Shown: positions 18,514-29,081 of the stretch, in pieces
How positions within the stretch are numbered: the stretch's first letter is position 1
How the letters are laid out: each line of letters begins with the position of its first letter
Assembly: GCA_036273255.1 (NCBI GenBank)
Contig: DASUIA010000192.1
Coordinates: 8,230 to 72,229 of the forward strand
DNA length: 64,000 nt
Direction: 5' to 3'
Source: Bradyrhizobium sp.
GTDB taxonomy: Bacteria > Pseudomonadota > Alphaproteobacteria > Rhizobiales > Xanthobacteraceae
Translations under genes and position numbers: made by a program
The notes under the pieces: generated by a model
What the model saw: only the letters and a program-made list of their open reading frames with translations
Told to the model about the DNA's origin: nothing
The model's database searches: none

Positions 18514-19058
18514 CGGTTTCTCTCCTCCATGTTTCTTGATGGCTGCTGGGCAACGTCAGCCGCGGGCGCATTTTTAACGGAGCGGCCCCCCGGTCCATCC
18601 ACCGTGCGCGCTGCTTTTTCTACAGTGGGTGGTCCAAAAGCGGTATATTTATACGCCGCGCGAGTGAAACCGACCTTAAGCGGTATGTCAAGTGCATCTA
18701 TTTGGGTGTGTCAGTAGCGCGTGATCTGTCGCCTGTTTGTAGCTCGTGAAGTGTCGTGTTTTTGATGCCCTGGAACAAAGGGGGCACGATGGGCACGGCA
18801 TCCATTCACGAGGGTGTACGACGGATGCGGTTCTCGGATTTGTTGGAACGGACCGAGGCGAAGGTGCTGACGCGGGAATCGGAGGCTGCGCATGCAGCGG
18901 AGTTCCCGGACACTGCCGGCCGCAGTACCACGACTCCTGCACAGTGGTACAAATCCTCTATCCAGCAGCGCGACGTTTTTTGCTACTCCGCAAGAGGGCT
19001 TTCAGTTGCAGATCTCCATCGTCGCCACCCTTCCCAGCAATTTCGCGAGATTCGATAG

Positions 19059-19472
19059 ATGAGCCAGCTCATTGTTCATGCCGGGGACTTCACATTCCAG
19101 GCTCGTTTCGAGGAACAACTGGCGCCGAAGACCTGCGCCGCTTTCCGCCGGGCCATGCCATTCGAGAGCGAGGCCATTCACGTCCGCTGGAGCGGCGAGG
19201 GAGTCTGGATGCCGCTCGGCGATCTCGATTTTGGTGTGTCGTACGAGAACCACACCAGCTATCCCGCGCCGGGCCAGATCATTCTTTTTCCCGGCGGCAT
19301 CAGCGAAACGGAAATCCTGCTGGCCTATGGCGGCGTGCATTTCGCCAGCAAGGTGGGCCAGCTTGCCGGCAACCACTTCATTACCCTGACGTCGGGTCTC
19401 GAATATCTGCCCACGTTCGGCATGACCGTGCTCTGGAAGGGCGCGCAGAAGATCCGGTTCGAGGCCGCCTGA
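19059..19472 (+). CDS. DUF3830 family cyclophilin-like protein
   Basis: APKTCAAF, HVRWSGEGVW, ENHTSYPAPG, SETEILLAYG, LAGNHF. Confidence 0.88.
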   Translation: MSQLIVHAGDFTFQARFEEQLAPKTCAAFRRAMPFESEAIHVRWSGEGVWMPLGDLDFGVSYENHTSYPAPGQIILFPGGISETEILLAYGGVHFASKVGQLAGNHFITLTSGLEYLPTFGMTVLWKGAQKIRFEAA

Positions 19473-19489
19473 AATGCGTCGGACCATCG

Positions 19490-20419
19490 ATGGCTGAGGC
19501 AGGGTACCCGCGTGATCTCCGTGGCTATGGGCGCGACACGCCTGATCCGCGCTGGCCTGGCGATGCACGGGTCGCGGTGCAGTTCGTGGTCAATTTCGAG
19601 GAGGGCGGCGAAAACAACATTTTGCATGGGGATCGGGCGTCGGAAGCGTTTCTATCCGACGTATTGGGGGCGCAACCCTGGCCGGGACAACGCCATGCCA
19701 ATATTGAATCGATGTTCGAATATGGCTCACGCGCGGGCTTCTGGCGGTTGTGGCGGCTGTTCACCGGGCGAAAAATGCCGGTGACGGTATTCGGTGTCGC
19801 GACCGCATTGAAACGGAATCCGGAAATTGTCGCAGCGATGAAGGAAGCCGGCTGGGACATCGCCAGCCACAGTCTGAAGTGGGTCGAGCACAAGGACATG
19901 TCGGAGGCGGAGGAACGGGTGGAGATCGCCGATGCGATCCGGGTTCATACGGAGGTAACCGGGCAACGTCCGCGCGGGTGGTACACCGGCCGCACCTCCA
20001 TCAACACGGTGAGACTGGTTATGGAAGCCGGTGGTTTCATGTATTCGTGCGATTCCTATGCCGACGATCTGCCATACTGGATCAAGGGGCCGGCCGGACC
20101 TCATCTGATCATTCCCTACAGTCTCGATGCCAACGATATGCGGTTTGTCAACGCGCAGGGCTTTGGCGGCGGCGACGAGTTCTTTGGCTATCTCAGGGAT
20201 AGTTTCGACATGCTCTATGCGGAGGGTGCGACGTCGCCCAAGATGATGTCGGTGGGCCTGCATTGCCGCGTGGTCGGAAGGCCCGGACGCGCCGCCGCCC
20301 TGGCGCGGTTTCTCGACTATGTCATGAACCATGACCGGGTATGGGTGCCGACTCGGCTGCAGATCGCACAGCATTGGCATGCCAATCTCGCGCATCTGGC
20401 CGAAGAGCGGCAGCGATGA
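19490..20419 (+). CDS. puuE: Allantoinase PuuE (polysaccharide deacetylase family)
   Basis: YPRDLRGYG, NFEEGGE, FEYGSRAGFWRL, GWYTGR, DSYADDLPYW, GLHCRVVGRPGR. Confidence 0.92.
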   Translation: MAEAGYPRDLRGYGRDTPDPRWPGDARVAVQFVVNFEEGGENNILHGDRASEAFLSDVLGAQPWPGQRHANIESMFEYGSRAGFWRLWRLFTGRKMPVTVFGVATALKRNPEIVAAMKEAGWDIASHSLKWVEHKDMSEAEERVEIADAIRVHTEVTGQRPRGWYTGRTSINTVRLVMEAGGFMYSCDSYADDLPYWIKGPAGPHLIIPYSLDANDMRFVNAQGFGGGDEFFGYLRDSFDMLYAEGATSPKMMSVGLHCRVVGRPGRAAALARFLDYVMNHDRVWVPTRLQIAQHWHANLAHLAEERQR

Positions 20420-21684
20420 AGGCTGAAGTTAGCGGACGCGACGATTGCTTGCTCGGCAGGACGATCGTGAGACGGATCGATCAGCTTGCCGCGATTTCGG
20501 CGGATCCGACGCGCCTGGAACGGATCTTTCTCAGTCCCGAACATCGCGCCGCCGCCGAACAGCTTTTGGCCTGGATGCGTGAAGCCGGCATGAGCGCGCA
20601 TCTCGATGCGATCGGAAATGTCTGCGGCCGCTATGAGGGCGATCGTCCGGGGTTGCCCTGTTTGATGCTGGGGTCACATTACGACACCGTGCGCGACGCC
20701 GGCAGATGGGATGGGCCGCTCGGACTGATCACGGCCATCTCCTGTGTGGACGATCTGCACCGAAGAAGGCGACACCTGCCATTTGCCGTTGAAGTTACCG
20801 GGTTCGCCGACGAGGAGGGGATCCGGTTCGCATCGACCTTGCTCGGCAGCCGCGCCGTGGCCGGTACCTTCGATGAAGGTGCGCTCGCCGCGAAGGACGC
20901 GGCCGGGCTGTCGATGCGTGACGCCCTGATTCAGTTCGGTCTCGATCCCCGGCACATCGGGGCTGCGGCGCGCGGCGGCCGAGAGCTGCTGGGCTATGTC
21001 GAGCTCCATATCGAACAAGGGCCGGTGCTCGAGACGGAAAATCTGCCGGTCGGAGTGGTCACGTCGATATCGGGCGCGACGCGGCTTGCCGTGGCGCTGA
21101 CCGGTATGGCTGGTCACGCCGGCACGGTCCCCATGGCGTTGCGGCGCGACGCGCTGGCAGGTGCCGCGGAATGCATTGGCAGCATCGAGGAGGTTTGCCG
21201 CAGCGATCGGGGTGGCCTGGTCGGAACGGTCGGATATATCCACGCGGTGCCAAGCGCGACCAATGTCATTCCGGGACAAGCGTCCTTCTCCATCGATATC
21301 CGGGCGCCTACCGACATGGCCCGCAAGCAGGCGGTGTCTGAGGCGGTCCGGCGCATCGAAGCGATCGCCAGGCGTCGGCAGCTCGGACTACAGATCGACG
21401 TGACGCACGAAAACCGCACGGTTCCTTGCGCGCCTTGGCTCAGGCAACAGATTTCTGCGGCCATCGAAGGCGAGGGTCATCGCGTCTTTGAATTGCCGAG
21501 CGGGGCCGGGCACGATGGCATGGCGATGATTGATGTCGCCGACGTCGGAATGATCTTCGTGCGATGCCGCGGCGGCATCAGTCACCATCCCGACGAGCAC
21601 GTCGACCTCGCGGACGCCGATGCGGGAGCACGCGTATTGCTGCGACTGATTGAAAATTTTCATCCGCGCGATCATTCGAGATAG
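20416..21684 (+). CDS. Allantoate amidohydrolase (M20 Zn hydrolase)
   Basis: GSHYDTV, DGPLG, DEEG, ELHIEQGPVLE, GHAGTVPM, SGAGHD, SHHPDE; ATGA-coupled to puuE. Confidence 0.9.
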   Translation: MKAEVSGRDDCLLGRTIVRRIDQLAAISADPTRLERIFLSPEHRAAAEQLLAWMREAGMSAHLDAIGNVCGRYEGDRPGLPCLMLGSHYDTVRDAGRWDGPLGLITAISCVDDLHRRRRHLPFAVEVTGFADEEGIRFASTLLGSRAVAGTFDEGALAAKDAAGLSMRDALIQFGLDPRHIGAAARGGRELLGYVELHIEQGPVLETENLPVGVVTSISGATRLAVALTGMAGHAGTVPMALRRDALAGAAECIGSIEEVCRSDRGGLVGTVGYIHAVPSATNVIPGQASFSIDIRAPTDMARKQAVSEAVRRIEAIARRRQLGLQIDVTHENRTVPCAPWLRQQISAAIEGEGHRVFELPSGAGHDGMAMIDVADVGMIFVRCRGGISHHPDEHVDLADADAGARVLLRLIENFHPRDHSR

Positions 21685-21800
21685 CCAGCTCGCCGTTCAC
21701 GTCTCCGCCTTGGTAGCCGTCATGACCAAAATGGCGGGAACCGGAGCGCCGTGAGTTCCCTCGCAAACGCCGGCCTGACGGAGCAGGCTTCGGCATTGGT

Positions 21801-22442
21801 TCAGGCCGGACTTACAGACCCGCGCTCGATTCGAAAGGCGCGCGACAGCAGGTCGACGACGTGCACCTCGTTGGATTCGGCAACAAGGATGGAAATACCC
21901 TCGGTCTTCAGGTTCGCCAGCACTTCTCCCAATCGCCGCGCCAGCGCGGGGGCCAGCCCCTCGAATGGCTCGTCCAAAAGCAGCAGGCGCCTTCCCGCCA
22001 TCAGCGCGCGGGCGAGCGCGACCATCTTCTGCTGACCACCCGACAATTCAAGCGAGGATCGGGCACGAAATTGGGCGACCTCGGGCATCAGCCCGAAGAT
22101 CCAGTCCAGACGTCGATCGGCGTCGCGCATCTTGAGCGACAGCGCGGGCAGGCGGACATTTTCCTCGACCGTGAATTCCGGTACCAGCCGGCGATCTTCG
22201 GGCATGTAGCCGATGCCATGCGCGACGCGCAGATGCGGCAGCAGCTTCAACAGGTCGACCTCGCCGAGTTTGGCCATGCCGCTGGCCGGAATGGCACCCA
22301 TGATGGAACGGAACAGCGTGGTCTTCCCCGAACCGTTGCGGCCGATCATGCCGCAGAAATCGCCCTCCTCGAGCGCGAATGAGGCGCTGCGGATGATCGG
22401 AACAGGTCCGATCGACACGTTGAGGTCGGTGACCCTAAACAT
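21801..22442 (-). CDS. Liv-type ABC transporter ATP-binding protein (LivF-like)
   Basis: GRNGSGKTT, LSGGQQK, LLLDEPFEGLAP. Confidence 0.9.
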   Translation of the reverse strand: MFRVTDLNVSIGPVPIIRSASFALEEGDFCGMIGRNGSGKTTLFRSIMGAIPASGMAKLGEVDLLKLLPHLRVAHGIGYMPEDRRLVPEFTVEENVRLPALSLKMRDADRRLDWIFGLMPEVAQFRARSSLELSGGQQKMVALARALMAGRRLLLLDEPFEGLAPALARRLGEVLANLKTEGISILVAESNEVHVVDLLSRAFRIERGSVSPA

Positions 22443-23226
22443 CGGCGAAGCCACCCCTGGCGCCATTCGGCCTGGAACCGCTGATCAGCGTCTGAATGCG
22501 CTCGTCGGCCAGCGTGGCTGCCGGCGTGCCGTCGGCGATCACGGTGCCGTCATAAAACGCCAGCACGCGCTCGGCGAAGCGCTCGACGATCTCCATGTCG
22601 TGCTCGACGAAAAGCACGGTGATCTTGCGGTTGCGCAATGCGGACATGATGACCTGCATCAGGTCGAATTTCTCTTCGATCGAGATGCCACTGGTCGGCT
22701 CGTCGAGCAGCAGCAGGCGTGGGGATCCTGCGACCGCCATGCCGATGTCCAGCAGCTTGCGCACGCCCTGCGGCAACGTGACCGCGAGCGTATCGCGGTA
22801 ACGCCTGATCGCGAACAGGTCGAGCAATGTTTCCGCCTCCGCGACGGCTTGCGGCGAGCGCAGCGGCGTCCATACGTGGCCCATGACATGTTTCGGCGCA
22901 TGGCCGATCGCCGCCGCGACGCAGATGTTGTCGAATGCCGTCAGCGAGGGAAATATCTGCGCCACCTGAAACGAGCGCGAAATGCCCATGGCCTTGATGG
23001 TGCGCGAAGGCAGGCCGGTGATGTCGCGGTCCTCGAAGTGGATCGCGCCGTGGGTCGGGCGCAGGTGGCCGGTCACCATGTTGATGAAGGTGGTCTTGCC
23101 GGCGCCGTTGGAGCCGATCACGCCGACCGTCTGCTGCGCCGGCAAGCTGACCGTGATGTCGCGCGCGGCAATCATCGAACCGAAGCGCTTGCCGAGGTCG
23201 CGGACGGAGAGGATGGCCGCGCTCAT
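22435..23226 (-). CDS. Liv-type ABC transporter ATP-binding protein (LivG-like)
   Basis: GSNGAGKTT, RSFQ, LLLDEPTSG, VEHDM. Confidence 0.9.
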   Translation of the reverse strand: MSAAILSVRDLGKRFGSMIAARDITVSLPAQQTVGVIGSNGAGKTTFINMVTGHLRPTHGAIHFEDRDITGLPSRTIKAMGISRSFQVAQIFPSLTAFDNICVAAAIGHAPKHVMGHVWTPLRSPQAVAEAETLLDLFAIRRYRDTLAVTLPQGVRKLLDIGMAVAGSPRLLLLDEPTSGISIEEKFDLMQVIMSALRNRKITVLFVEHDMEIVERFAERVLAFYDGTVIADGTPAATLADERIQTLISGSRPNGARGGFADV

Positions 23227-24173
23227 GGTGCCTCAACCCCGCGGCGCCAGCGCAGCCGCCTGATCAACGAGCCCAGCCCCTGCGGCAGGAACAGAATGGT
23301 CAACAGCAGCACCGAGCCGAGCAGCAACTGCCAAAGCTGCGGGAGCATGGCGACCGCGAACGAGCGCACCGATTCAAACAGCAGCGATCCGACGAACGCC
23401 GGGCCGACCGATCCCGCGCCCGCCAGGATGGTGATGAACACGAACTCGCCGGAGGTCGTCCAATAGGACATGTTGGGATCGACATGGCCTACCGCCAGGG
23501 CGGCGAGGGCGCCGCCCAGGCCGCCCAGCAGCCCGCTGATCACGAGCTTGGTATGGATCAGCCGGGATACCGACAGGCCGAGAAACTCGACGCGTATTTC
23601 ATTGTCGCGCAGCGGAACCGCCAGCGCACCGGCCACCGAGTGGAAGTAGGCGTCGACCAGCAAGGCGGCAATCGCGCAGACCGCGAGCACGAGCCAGTAG
23701 AGCGCCGCCAACAGCCCGTCCTGGTGCGGCGCGTAGCCGAGAAAAGTCGGCACGATCACGCTGAAGCCATCGGTCGAGCCGAGCGACTCGGTCTTCACCA
23801 GCACGCCGTACAGGATCATGGACAGTGCGAGGCTGAGCATCGCGAAGAAGATTTCGCGGTAACGCGCCAGCAGGAAACCCACCACGAAGGATACGAGGCC
23901 GGCGCAGGCACCGCCAATCAATACCAACAGGATCGCATCGGTGATGCCGGTCCAGCGGCCGACGAGCGCCACGGCATAGGCGCCGATGCAATAGTAGAGC
24001 GCCTGTCCGAACGAGACGAGCCCGGCCCGCCACAGCACGATCAAGCCCAGAACGACCAGGCCATTTGCAAAGGCAATGGTGGCGAGCGAAATCATCCAGT
24101 CCGGGAGCACGAAGACCGCAGCCGCTGCCGCCAGGAAAGCCGAACTCGCGATGATCCGGCTGTGCGGGGTCAT
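23223..24173 (-). CDS. Liv-type ABC permease (LivM-like)
   Basis: GLVSFGQA, IFFAMLSLA, multiple TM helices. Confidence 0.88.
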   Translation of the reverse strand: MTPHSRIIASSAFLAAAAAVFVLPDWMISLATIAFANGLVVLGLIVLWRAGLVSFGQALYYCIGAYAVALVGRWTGITDAILLVLIGGACAGLVSFVVGFLLARYREIFFAMLSLALSMILYGVLVKTESLGSTDGFSVIVPTFLGYAPHQDGLLAALYWLVLAVCAIAALLVDAYFHSVAGALAVPLRDNEIRVEFLGLSVSRLIHTKLVISGLLGGLGGALAALAVGHVDPNMSYWTTSGEFVFITILAGAGSVGPAFVGSLLFESVRSFAVAMLPQLWQLLLGSVLLLTILFLPQGLGSLIRRLRWRRGVEAP

Positions 24174-24174
24174 C

Positions 24175-25071
24175 TCAGATTTTTCTCGGTTGGGCGCGCA
24201 CGAACAGGCCATAGGGCCGGATCAGGAGCACGAGTGCCATGACTCCATAGATGACGAACAATTCGATCTGCGGGACCAGATGCACCGCGGCCGCACGGCA
24301 TATCCCGACGATGAGCGCGCCGACGAGCGCTCCTTCGATCGACCCCATGCCGCCGATCGCCACGACGGCAAAGGCGAGCACGATCACTTCGACGCCGATG
24401 CCGAGGGTGACGGCGATCTTCGGTGCCATGATCGCACCTCCCAGCGCACCGAGCATGGCGCCGATCACGAACGTCACGGTATACACCAGCCTGACATTGA
24501 TGCCGAACGCGGCGGCGGTTTCGCGATCGAAAATCACGGCGGTCAGCAGCCGTCCGTAGCGGGTGAATTTCAACGCCCAGAACGATATCATGGCGAGCAA
24601 CGCCGCCACCACGATCAGGCCAAGATCGTAGTTCGACAGGATCAGTTCGCCCACCTCCGTGTTGCCGGCGGCGAGCAACGGCTGATAGGTCGCATAGGAA
24701 CCCGGGCCCCAGATCAGGATGACGATGTCTTCGAGGATCAGGAAAGCGGCGTAGGTCACCAGCACCATCACCACCTCGTCCCTGCCATAGACCAATCGCA
24801 TGACGCCGCGCTCGAGAATGAGACCGAGCGCGAGCCCGAGGACCATGGCGAAGAGAGCCATCAGGAGAAATCCGCCGGCGGCCGGCAGGCCGCGGTCGAA
24901 ATAGATGCCGACGGCGGTCGCCGCGCCGTAGGCGCCGAACGTGTAAAACGAGCCATGCGCCACGTTGAGGATCTTCATGACGCCGAAGATCAGCGTGAGC
25001 CCGATGGCAACGATGAACAGGTAGGCCGCATAGACCAGGCCGTCGACCAGAATGGCGAAGGCGGTCAGCAC
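24175..25071 (-). CDS. Liv-type ABC permease (LivH-like)
   Basis: GLTLIFGVMKILNVAHG, GGMGSIEGA; GTG start. Confidence 0.9.
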   Translation of the reverse strand: MLTAFAILVDGLVYAAYLFIVAIGLTLIFGVMKILNVAHGSFYTFGAYGAATAVGIYFDRGLPAAGGFLLMALFAMVLGLALGLILERGVMRLVYGRDEVVMVLVTYAAFLILEDIVILIWGPGSYATYQPLLAAGNTEVGELILSNYDLGLIVVAALLAMISFWALKFTRYGRLLTAVIFDRETAAAFGINVRLVYTVTFVIGAMLGALGGAIMAPKIAVTLGIGVEVIVLAFAVVAIGGMGSIEGALVGALIVGICRAAAVHLVPQIELFVIYGVMALVLLIRPYGLFVRAQPRKI

Positions 25072-25144
25072 CCCGACAGTCCGGCCGAGCAGCCGGGCGG
25101 GGCAGGGGCCCTGGCCGTCGGACGACGAACCGGTCGGATGTCGC

Positions 25145-26452
25145 TCAGCACTTCGCGCCTTTCATGCCTTCCTTGATCCAGTCGTCGGCATTGATGCCAG
25201 CCGGCGGGTTCACGCATTCGGCGGGGAAGCGCACGATATCGACGATTTCGGGCTCGTTCTTCTCCTTGTTGAAGCGATAGGTGCCGTAAGCGGTTTCCGA
25301 GATACCCTGGTGCCCATTGCCGATTGCGAGCTTGACCTTGCCCGAAGGGCCTTCGAACTCGATACCCTTGAACGCCGCCGCCACCTCGTCGGTGGTCGGC
25401 TTGGCCTCGCCCTTCTGTGCCCTTTCATAGGCGAGCTTGAGGCCGAGCAGCGACATCGCCATCTGATAGGCGGGATAGGTCGGCGGAACATTGTAGCGAT
25501 CGGAGTAGATCTTCTGGAACCAGCGGTTCAATTCGCTGTCGGGCGCGAGCGGGCCGTTCGGTCCGCGGCCCCCGATGATGGTGCCGTTCGGCATCTTGTC
25601 GCGAAGCCGCCAGATCGCGGCTTCACCGGTGGTTGCGATGATCGTCATGCGCTTGTCGAGCGCGCGCGCCTGCTCCTGATAGAGGAATGCTTCGAGATCG
25701 CCGTCGTAAAAGCTGGTGTGCAACACCTGAGATTTTGACGTCAGCAACGTTGAAATCTCCGCGCCGTACTCTCCCGCGAACAGCTTTGGAAACAGTACTT
25801 TGTCCACGGTGATCTTTGGTGCCAGCACCTGCATCGCGCCGGTGAAATCCCGCCAGGAGTCCTGACCCCAGGCGTAGTTCTGGTTGATGCCGGAATAGCT
25901 GGTGATATCGGGCTTTTTGGCGAGCAAATAGCGCGCGGCGCCGACGTTATCCATGGTTGCGTGCGGGCTGACGCGGAACACGTAGTTGCGCGGCTTTTCC
26001 TCGAAGATGCGTGGCGTTCCGCAGTCATACAGCACGGTGAGCGCCTTGAGCTCCTCCGCGACCGGGGTGACCGCGAGGCAACTGCCGGAAGAGACATAGC
26101 CGACTACGGCGTCCACCTGGTCGCGCTGCACGAGGTTGCGAAACTCGGTGACGACATTGGCCGCCGAACCGGTCTCGTCGATATACTTGGCCTCGATCTT
26201 GCCCCCGCCGAAGCCCGCCTTGTTGAAGGGTGCCGGCACCTTTCCGGCGTTCATGGCCTCAATCATGATCTCGGCGCCATTGCGTCCGGGGATGCCGAAC
26301 GGCGCGGCGGCGGGTCCGGTCAGGAAGCTGACAATGCCAAGCTTGACGGGCGCAGCGTTCTGCGCCCGGGCGGGCTCGATCGCAACGCCCAGCAGTGAAA
26401 CCAGCAGGCAAGACAAACCCAGCGGGCCAAGCGTGCTTTCTCGATCCAACAT
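25145..26452 (-). CDS. Liv-type ABC substrate-binding protein
   Basis: Signal peptide, LTGPAAAPFG, GYVSSG, NYAWGQDSW, FEGPSG. Confidence 0.88.
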   Translation of the reverse strand: MLDRESTLGPLGLSCLLVSLLGVAIEPARAQNAAPVKLGIVSFLTGPAAAPFGIPGRNGAEIMIEAMNAGKVPAPFNKAGFGGGKIEAKYIDETGSAANVVTEFRNLVQRDQVDAVVGYVSSGSCLAVTPVAEELKALTVLYDCGTPRIFEEKPRNYVFRVSPHATMDNVGAARYLLAKKPDITSYSGINQNYAWGQDSWRDFTGAMQVLAPKITVDKVLFPKLFAGEYGAEISTLLTSKSQVLHTSFYDGDLEAFLYQEQARALDKRMTIIATTGEAAIWRLRDKMPNGTIIGGRGPNGPLAPDSELNRWFQKIYSDRYNVPPTYPAYQMAMSLLGLKLAYERAQKGEAKPTTDEVAAAFKGIEFEGPSGKVKLAIGNGHQGISETAYGTYRFNKEKNEPEIVDIVRFPAECVNPPAGINADDWIKEGMKGAKC

Positions 26453-26537
26453 TGTCGTCCCTTCCCTGTGAAAACCCGTTTCGCTTTTTTTTGACACCGG
26501 TCCGAAATACGGATTGCGCTAGTCGATGTGGCAATGC

Positions 26538-27494
26538 CTAGGCCGCACTGCTGTTGCTCACCTCGTCGATCAGGCCGGACTCCACCAGGGCCTGGCGCAC
26601 GCGCGCGATCTCGGCGCCGCCGAGCTTGACGAGCGGCGGTCGCACAACGGCACGTGGCAGCCTGCCGAGCAGCACCAGCGCCTCCTTCATGCGGTTGTGC
26701 ATGTTTGCCCAGGGCTCGGCGTAGAAACAGCGGGACAGCGGTTCGATGCGATCGTTGAGGCGCCTCGCTTCCGCGAGATCGTCGGCCTGGACGGCCTGGA
26801 ACAGTTGCGCCTGCAAATCCGGAATGACGCTGCCGCTGCCGGACAGCAGGCCGTTGCAGCCGAGCACCAGCGATGCAAACAGCCATGAACTGTGGGTCGT
26901 CAGTACGTTCACCGGCCGCGGCAGGTTTTGCAGCGTTCGGATATGCCATTCGTGGTGGGGCACATTGCCGACCCAGTCCTTGATGGCGCGGATCGACGGG
27001 ACCTCGTGACATAGGCGCAGCAGCGTATCCTTTGGATAGCCTTGGCCATTCGCCAACGGGTATTGAAACACGATCAGCGGGAGGTCGGTGGCGTCGGCAA
27101 TGCGCCTGAAATGCGCCAGCACCATCTCCGGGGATTGGCCGAGCGTGAAGGGGCCGGGCGGAAACACCAGCAGCGCCGAGGCCCCGCCTTGCGTAGCCAT
27201 GCGAGCGATGCGGGCAGCTTCCAGACTGCCATCGGCCCAGATGCCGTTGACAAGGGGGATGCGGCCGTCAACTTCGCCGCGGGCGATGTCGAGCACGCGG
27301 CGCTGTTCTTCGAAGGTACAGGAGGCGACCTCGGTCGAATGCGCGTTGACTGTGATCGCGGAAATGCCCGGCGTTGCGCTGACGTCGCGCAAGTGCTTGC
27401 GAAAGCCTGCTTCGTCAATCGACAGATCGTTGTCGAATGGCAGCAACACCGCCGGAATCACGCCGCGGGGGGCATAGGCCGGGGCATGGGTCAT
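26538..27494 (-). CDS. Dihydrodipicolinate synthase (DapA/NAL) family protein
   Basis: GVIPAVLLPF, NAHSTE, LIVFQY, RAIKD Schiff-base Lys, VRPPL; the upstream part of the 646-aa track ORF is spurious. Confidence 0.88.
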   Translation of the reverse strand: MTHAPAYAPRGVIPAVLLPFDNDLSIDEAGFRKHLRDVSATPGISAITVNAHSTEVASCTFEEQRRVLDIARGEVDGRIPLVNGIWADGSLEAARIARMATQGGASALLVFPPGPFTLGQSPEMVLAHFRRIADATDLPLIVFQYPLANGQGYPKDTLLRLCHEVPSIRAIKDWVGNVPHHEWHIRTLQNLPRPVNVLTTHSSWLFASLVLGCNGLLSGSGSVIPDLQAQLFQAVQADDLAEARRLNDRIEPLSRCFYAEPWANMHNRMKEALVLLGRLPRAVVRPPLVKLGGAEIARVRQALVESGLIDEVSNSSAA

Positions 27495-27556
27495 GGGCAC
27501 TCGCTCGCGCCTTGCTGGATATCGGTTGCCGCGAGCTAATCCGATCTGGACAGTCA

Positions 27557-27696
27557 TTGTCAATTGAACGTGCGGTGCAGAAAATGCGCCGAAGCGCTTG
27601 CCAGGGCTGGACTTCCGCCGGGCAATGGATCGGGCTACCCTGCGTTGAAACGCCGCGTCGCGGACCGGGCCGCACCAATTGAGCACCAATTGACAA
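27557..27696. promoter_or_regulatory. Repeated operator-like motifs in dapA-like/epoxide hydrolase divergent region
   Basis: TTGTCAATTG (27557-27566) and its reverse complement CAATTGACAA (27687-27696); tandem GCACCAATTGA x2 (27672-27693). Confidence 0.5.
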
Positions 27697-27758
27697 GCAG
27701 GGACATGCCTACTGCCGCGGAGCGATCGGATTGACGGCCTCGAATGATGGCGATCCCC

Positions 27759-28916
27759 ATGGACAATGAGATTCATCCCTATCGCATTTCGGTCGGCGAG
27801 GATGTCCTCGACGATTTGAGGTCGAGATTGCGCGGGACCCGCTGGCCCGAGGCCGAGCTCGTCGACGACTGGAGCCAGGGCGTCCCGCTCGGTTGGATCA
27901 GGGACGTCTGCGGGTATTGGGCGGAGCAATATGATTGGCGCCGCCGCGAGGCGCTGCTCAATCGCTTCAGCCAGTTCACCACGGAGATCGACGGTCTCGG
28001 CATTCACTTCCTGCATGTCCGCTCTCCGCATCCGGAGGCGATGCCGCTGATCGTCACCCATGGCTGGCCGGGCTCCATCGTCGAATTCCAGAAAGTGGTC
28101 GAGCCCTTGACCAACCCGACCGCTCATGGCGGGCGCGCCGCCGACGCGTTCCACCTGGTTTGTCCGTCTTTGCCGGGCTTTGGTTTCTCGGCCAAGCCAA
28201 CGACCACGGGCTGGGGCGTCGACCGGATTGCATCCGCCTGGGCCAGATTGATGGATCGCCTTGGCTACCCGCGCTATGGCGCGCAGGGCGGTGATTGGGG
28301 CTCGGCGGTCACGACCGCGCTCGGAGCGCAGGATCCTGACCACTGTACCGGTATCCACATCACGCTGGCCATGGGCGTGCGGCCGAACGTCGAGGGACAG
28401 CCCAGCCGTGAGGAGGTCCGGGCTCTGGATGGTATCAAGTACTATCGGGATTGGGATTCCGGTTACTCCAAGCAACAATCAACTCGGCCGCAGACGCTCG
28501 GCTATGGCCTCACCGATTCGCCAAGCGGTCAGGCGGCGTGGATCCTCGAGAAGTTCTGGGCCTGGACCGATTGCGACGGCAATCCCGAGAACGTGCTCAG
28601 TCGCGACGAGCTGCTCGACAACGTCATGCTGTATTGGGTGACGGCAAGTGCGGCCTCTTCGGCTCGTCTTTATTGGCAAAGTTTCGCGCCTGGTCGCCGC
28701 ACCATACAGAAGGTCAATATCCCGACGGGGGTCGCGGTATTTCCCAGGGAGATTGTTGCTCCGGTGCGGCGCTGGATGGAAGGGACCTATACGGACATCC
28801 GGCACTGGAGTGAGATGCCAAAAGGCGGCCATTTCGCCGCTTTCGAGCAGCCCGAGGCCTTCGTGCGCGATGTGCGGGACTTCTTCAGGGAATTGCGCCC
28901 TCCGCACTCCGGCTGA
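27759..28916 (+). CDS. Epoxide hydrolase (EHN + alpha/beta hydrolase)
   Basis: HGWPGS, PSLPGFGFS, QGGDWG, GGHFAAFEQP. Confidence 0.93.
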   Translation: MDNEIHPYRISVGEDVLDDLRSRLRGTRWPEAELVDDWSQGVPLGWIRDVCGYWAEQYDWRRREALLNRFSQFTTEIDGLGIHFLHVRSPHPEAMPLIVTHGWPGSIVEFQKVVEPLTNPTAHGGRAADAFHLVCPSLPGFGFSAKPTTTGWGVDRIASAWARLMDRLGYPRYGAQGGDWGSAVTTALGAQDPDHCTGIHITLAMGVRPNVEGQPSREEVRALDGIKYYRDWDSGYSKQQSTRPQTLGYGLTDSPSGQAAWILEKFWAWTDCDGNPENVLSRDELLDNVMLYWVTASAASSARLYWQSFAPGRRTIQKVNIPTGVAVFPREIVAPVRRWMEGTYTDIRHWSEMPKGGHFAAFEQPEAFVRDVRDFFRELRPPHSG

Positions 28917-29020
28917 TTCATCGCGGCCGCCTATCCTCAGCAACAGCGCGCTTCTTGCCGGTTTTGACGGTTCGTCAGGCCGCCTGCGAATTTTTGCGCC
29001 GCAAAATCGACATCGTGCGA

Positions 29021-29071
29021 TTGACAGTCGGGCGGGCCTGTGAAATTTTGTAAGCATTGAAAAATATTGCA
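29021..29071 (+). promoter_or_regulatory. Promoter/operator of polyol locus
   Basis: TTGACA at 29021, then paired TGAAATTTTGTAA and TGAAAAATATTGCA sites just before the SorC-family gene. Confidence 0.5.
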
Positions 29072-29081
29072 GGGTGGACGC

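Noticed and set aside
18756-19058. 100-aa ORF abutting DUF3830
   Set aside because: No recognisable family and atypical composition; may be a decayed remnant but cannot be supported
18746-19489. N-terminal extension making a 557-aa PuuE
   Set aside because: Overlaps the DUF3830 gene in another frame; PuuE similarity starts at ATG 19490
27495-28478. Long N-terminal extension of the DapA-like ORF (646 aa)
   Set aside because: Antisense to the epoxide hydrolase; real start at 27494
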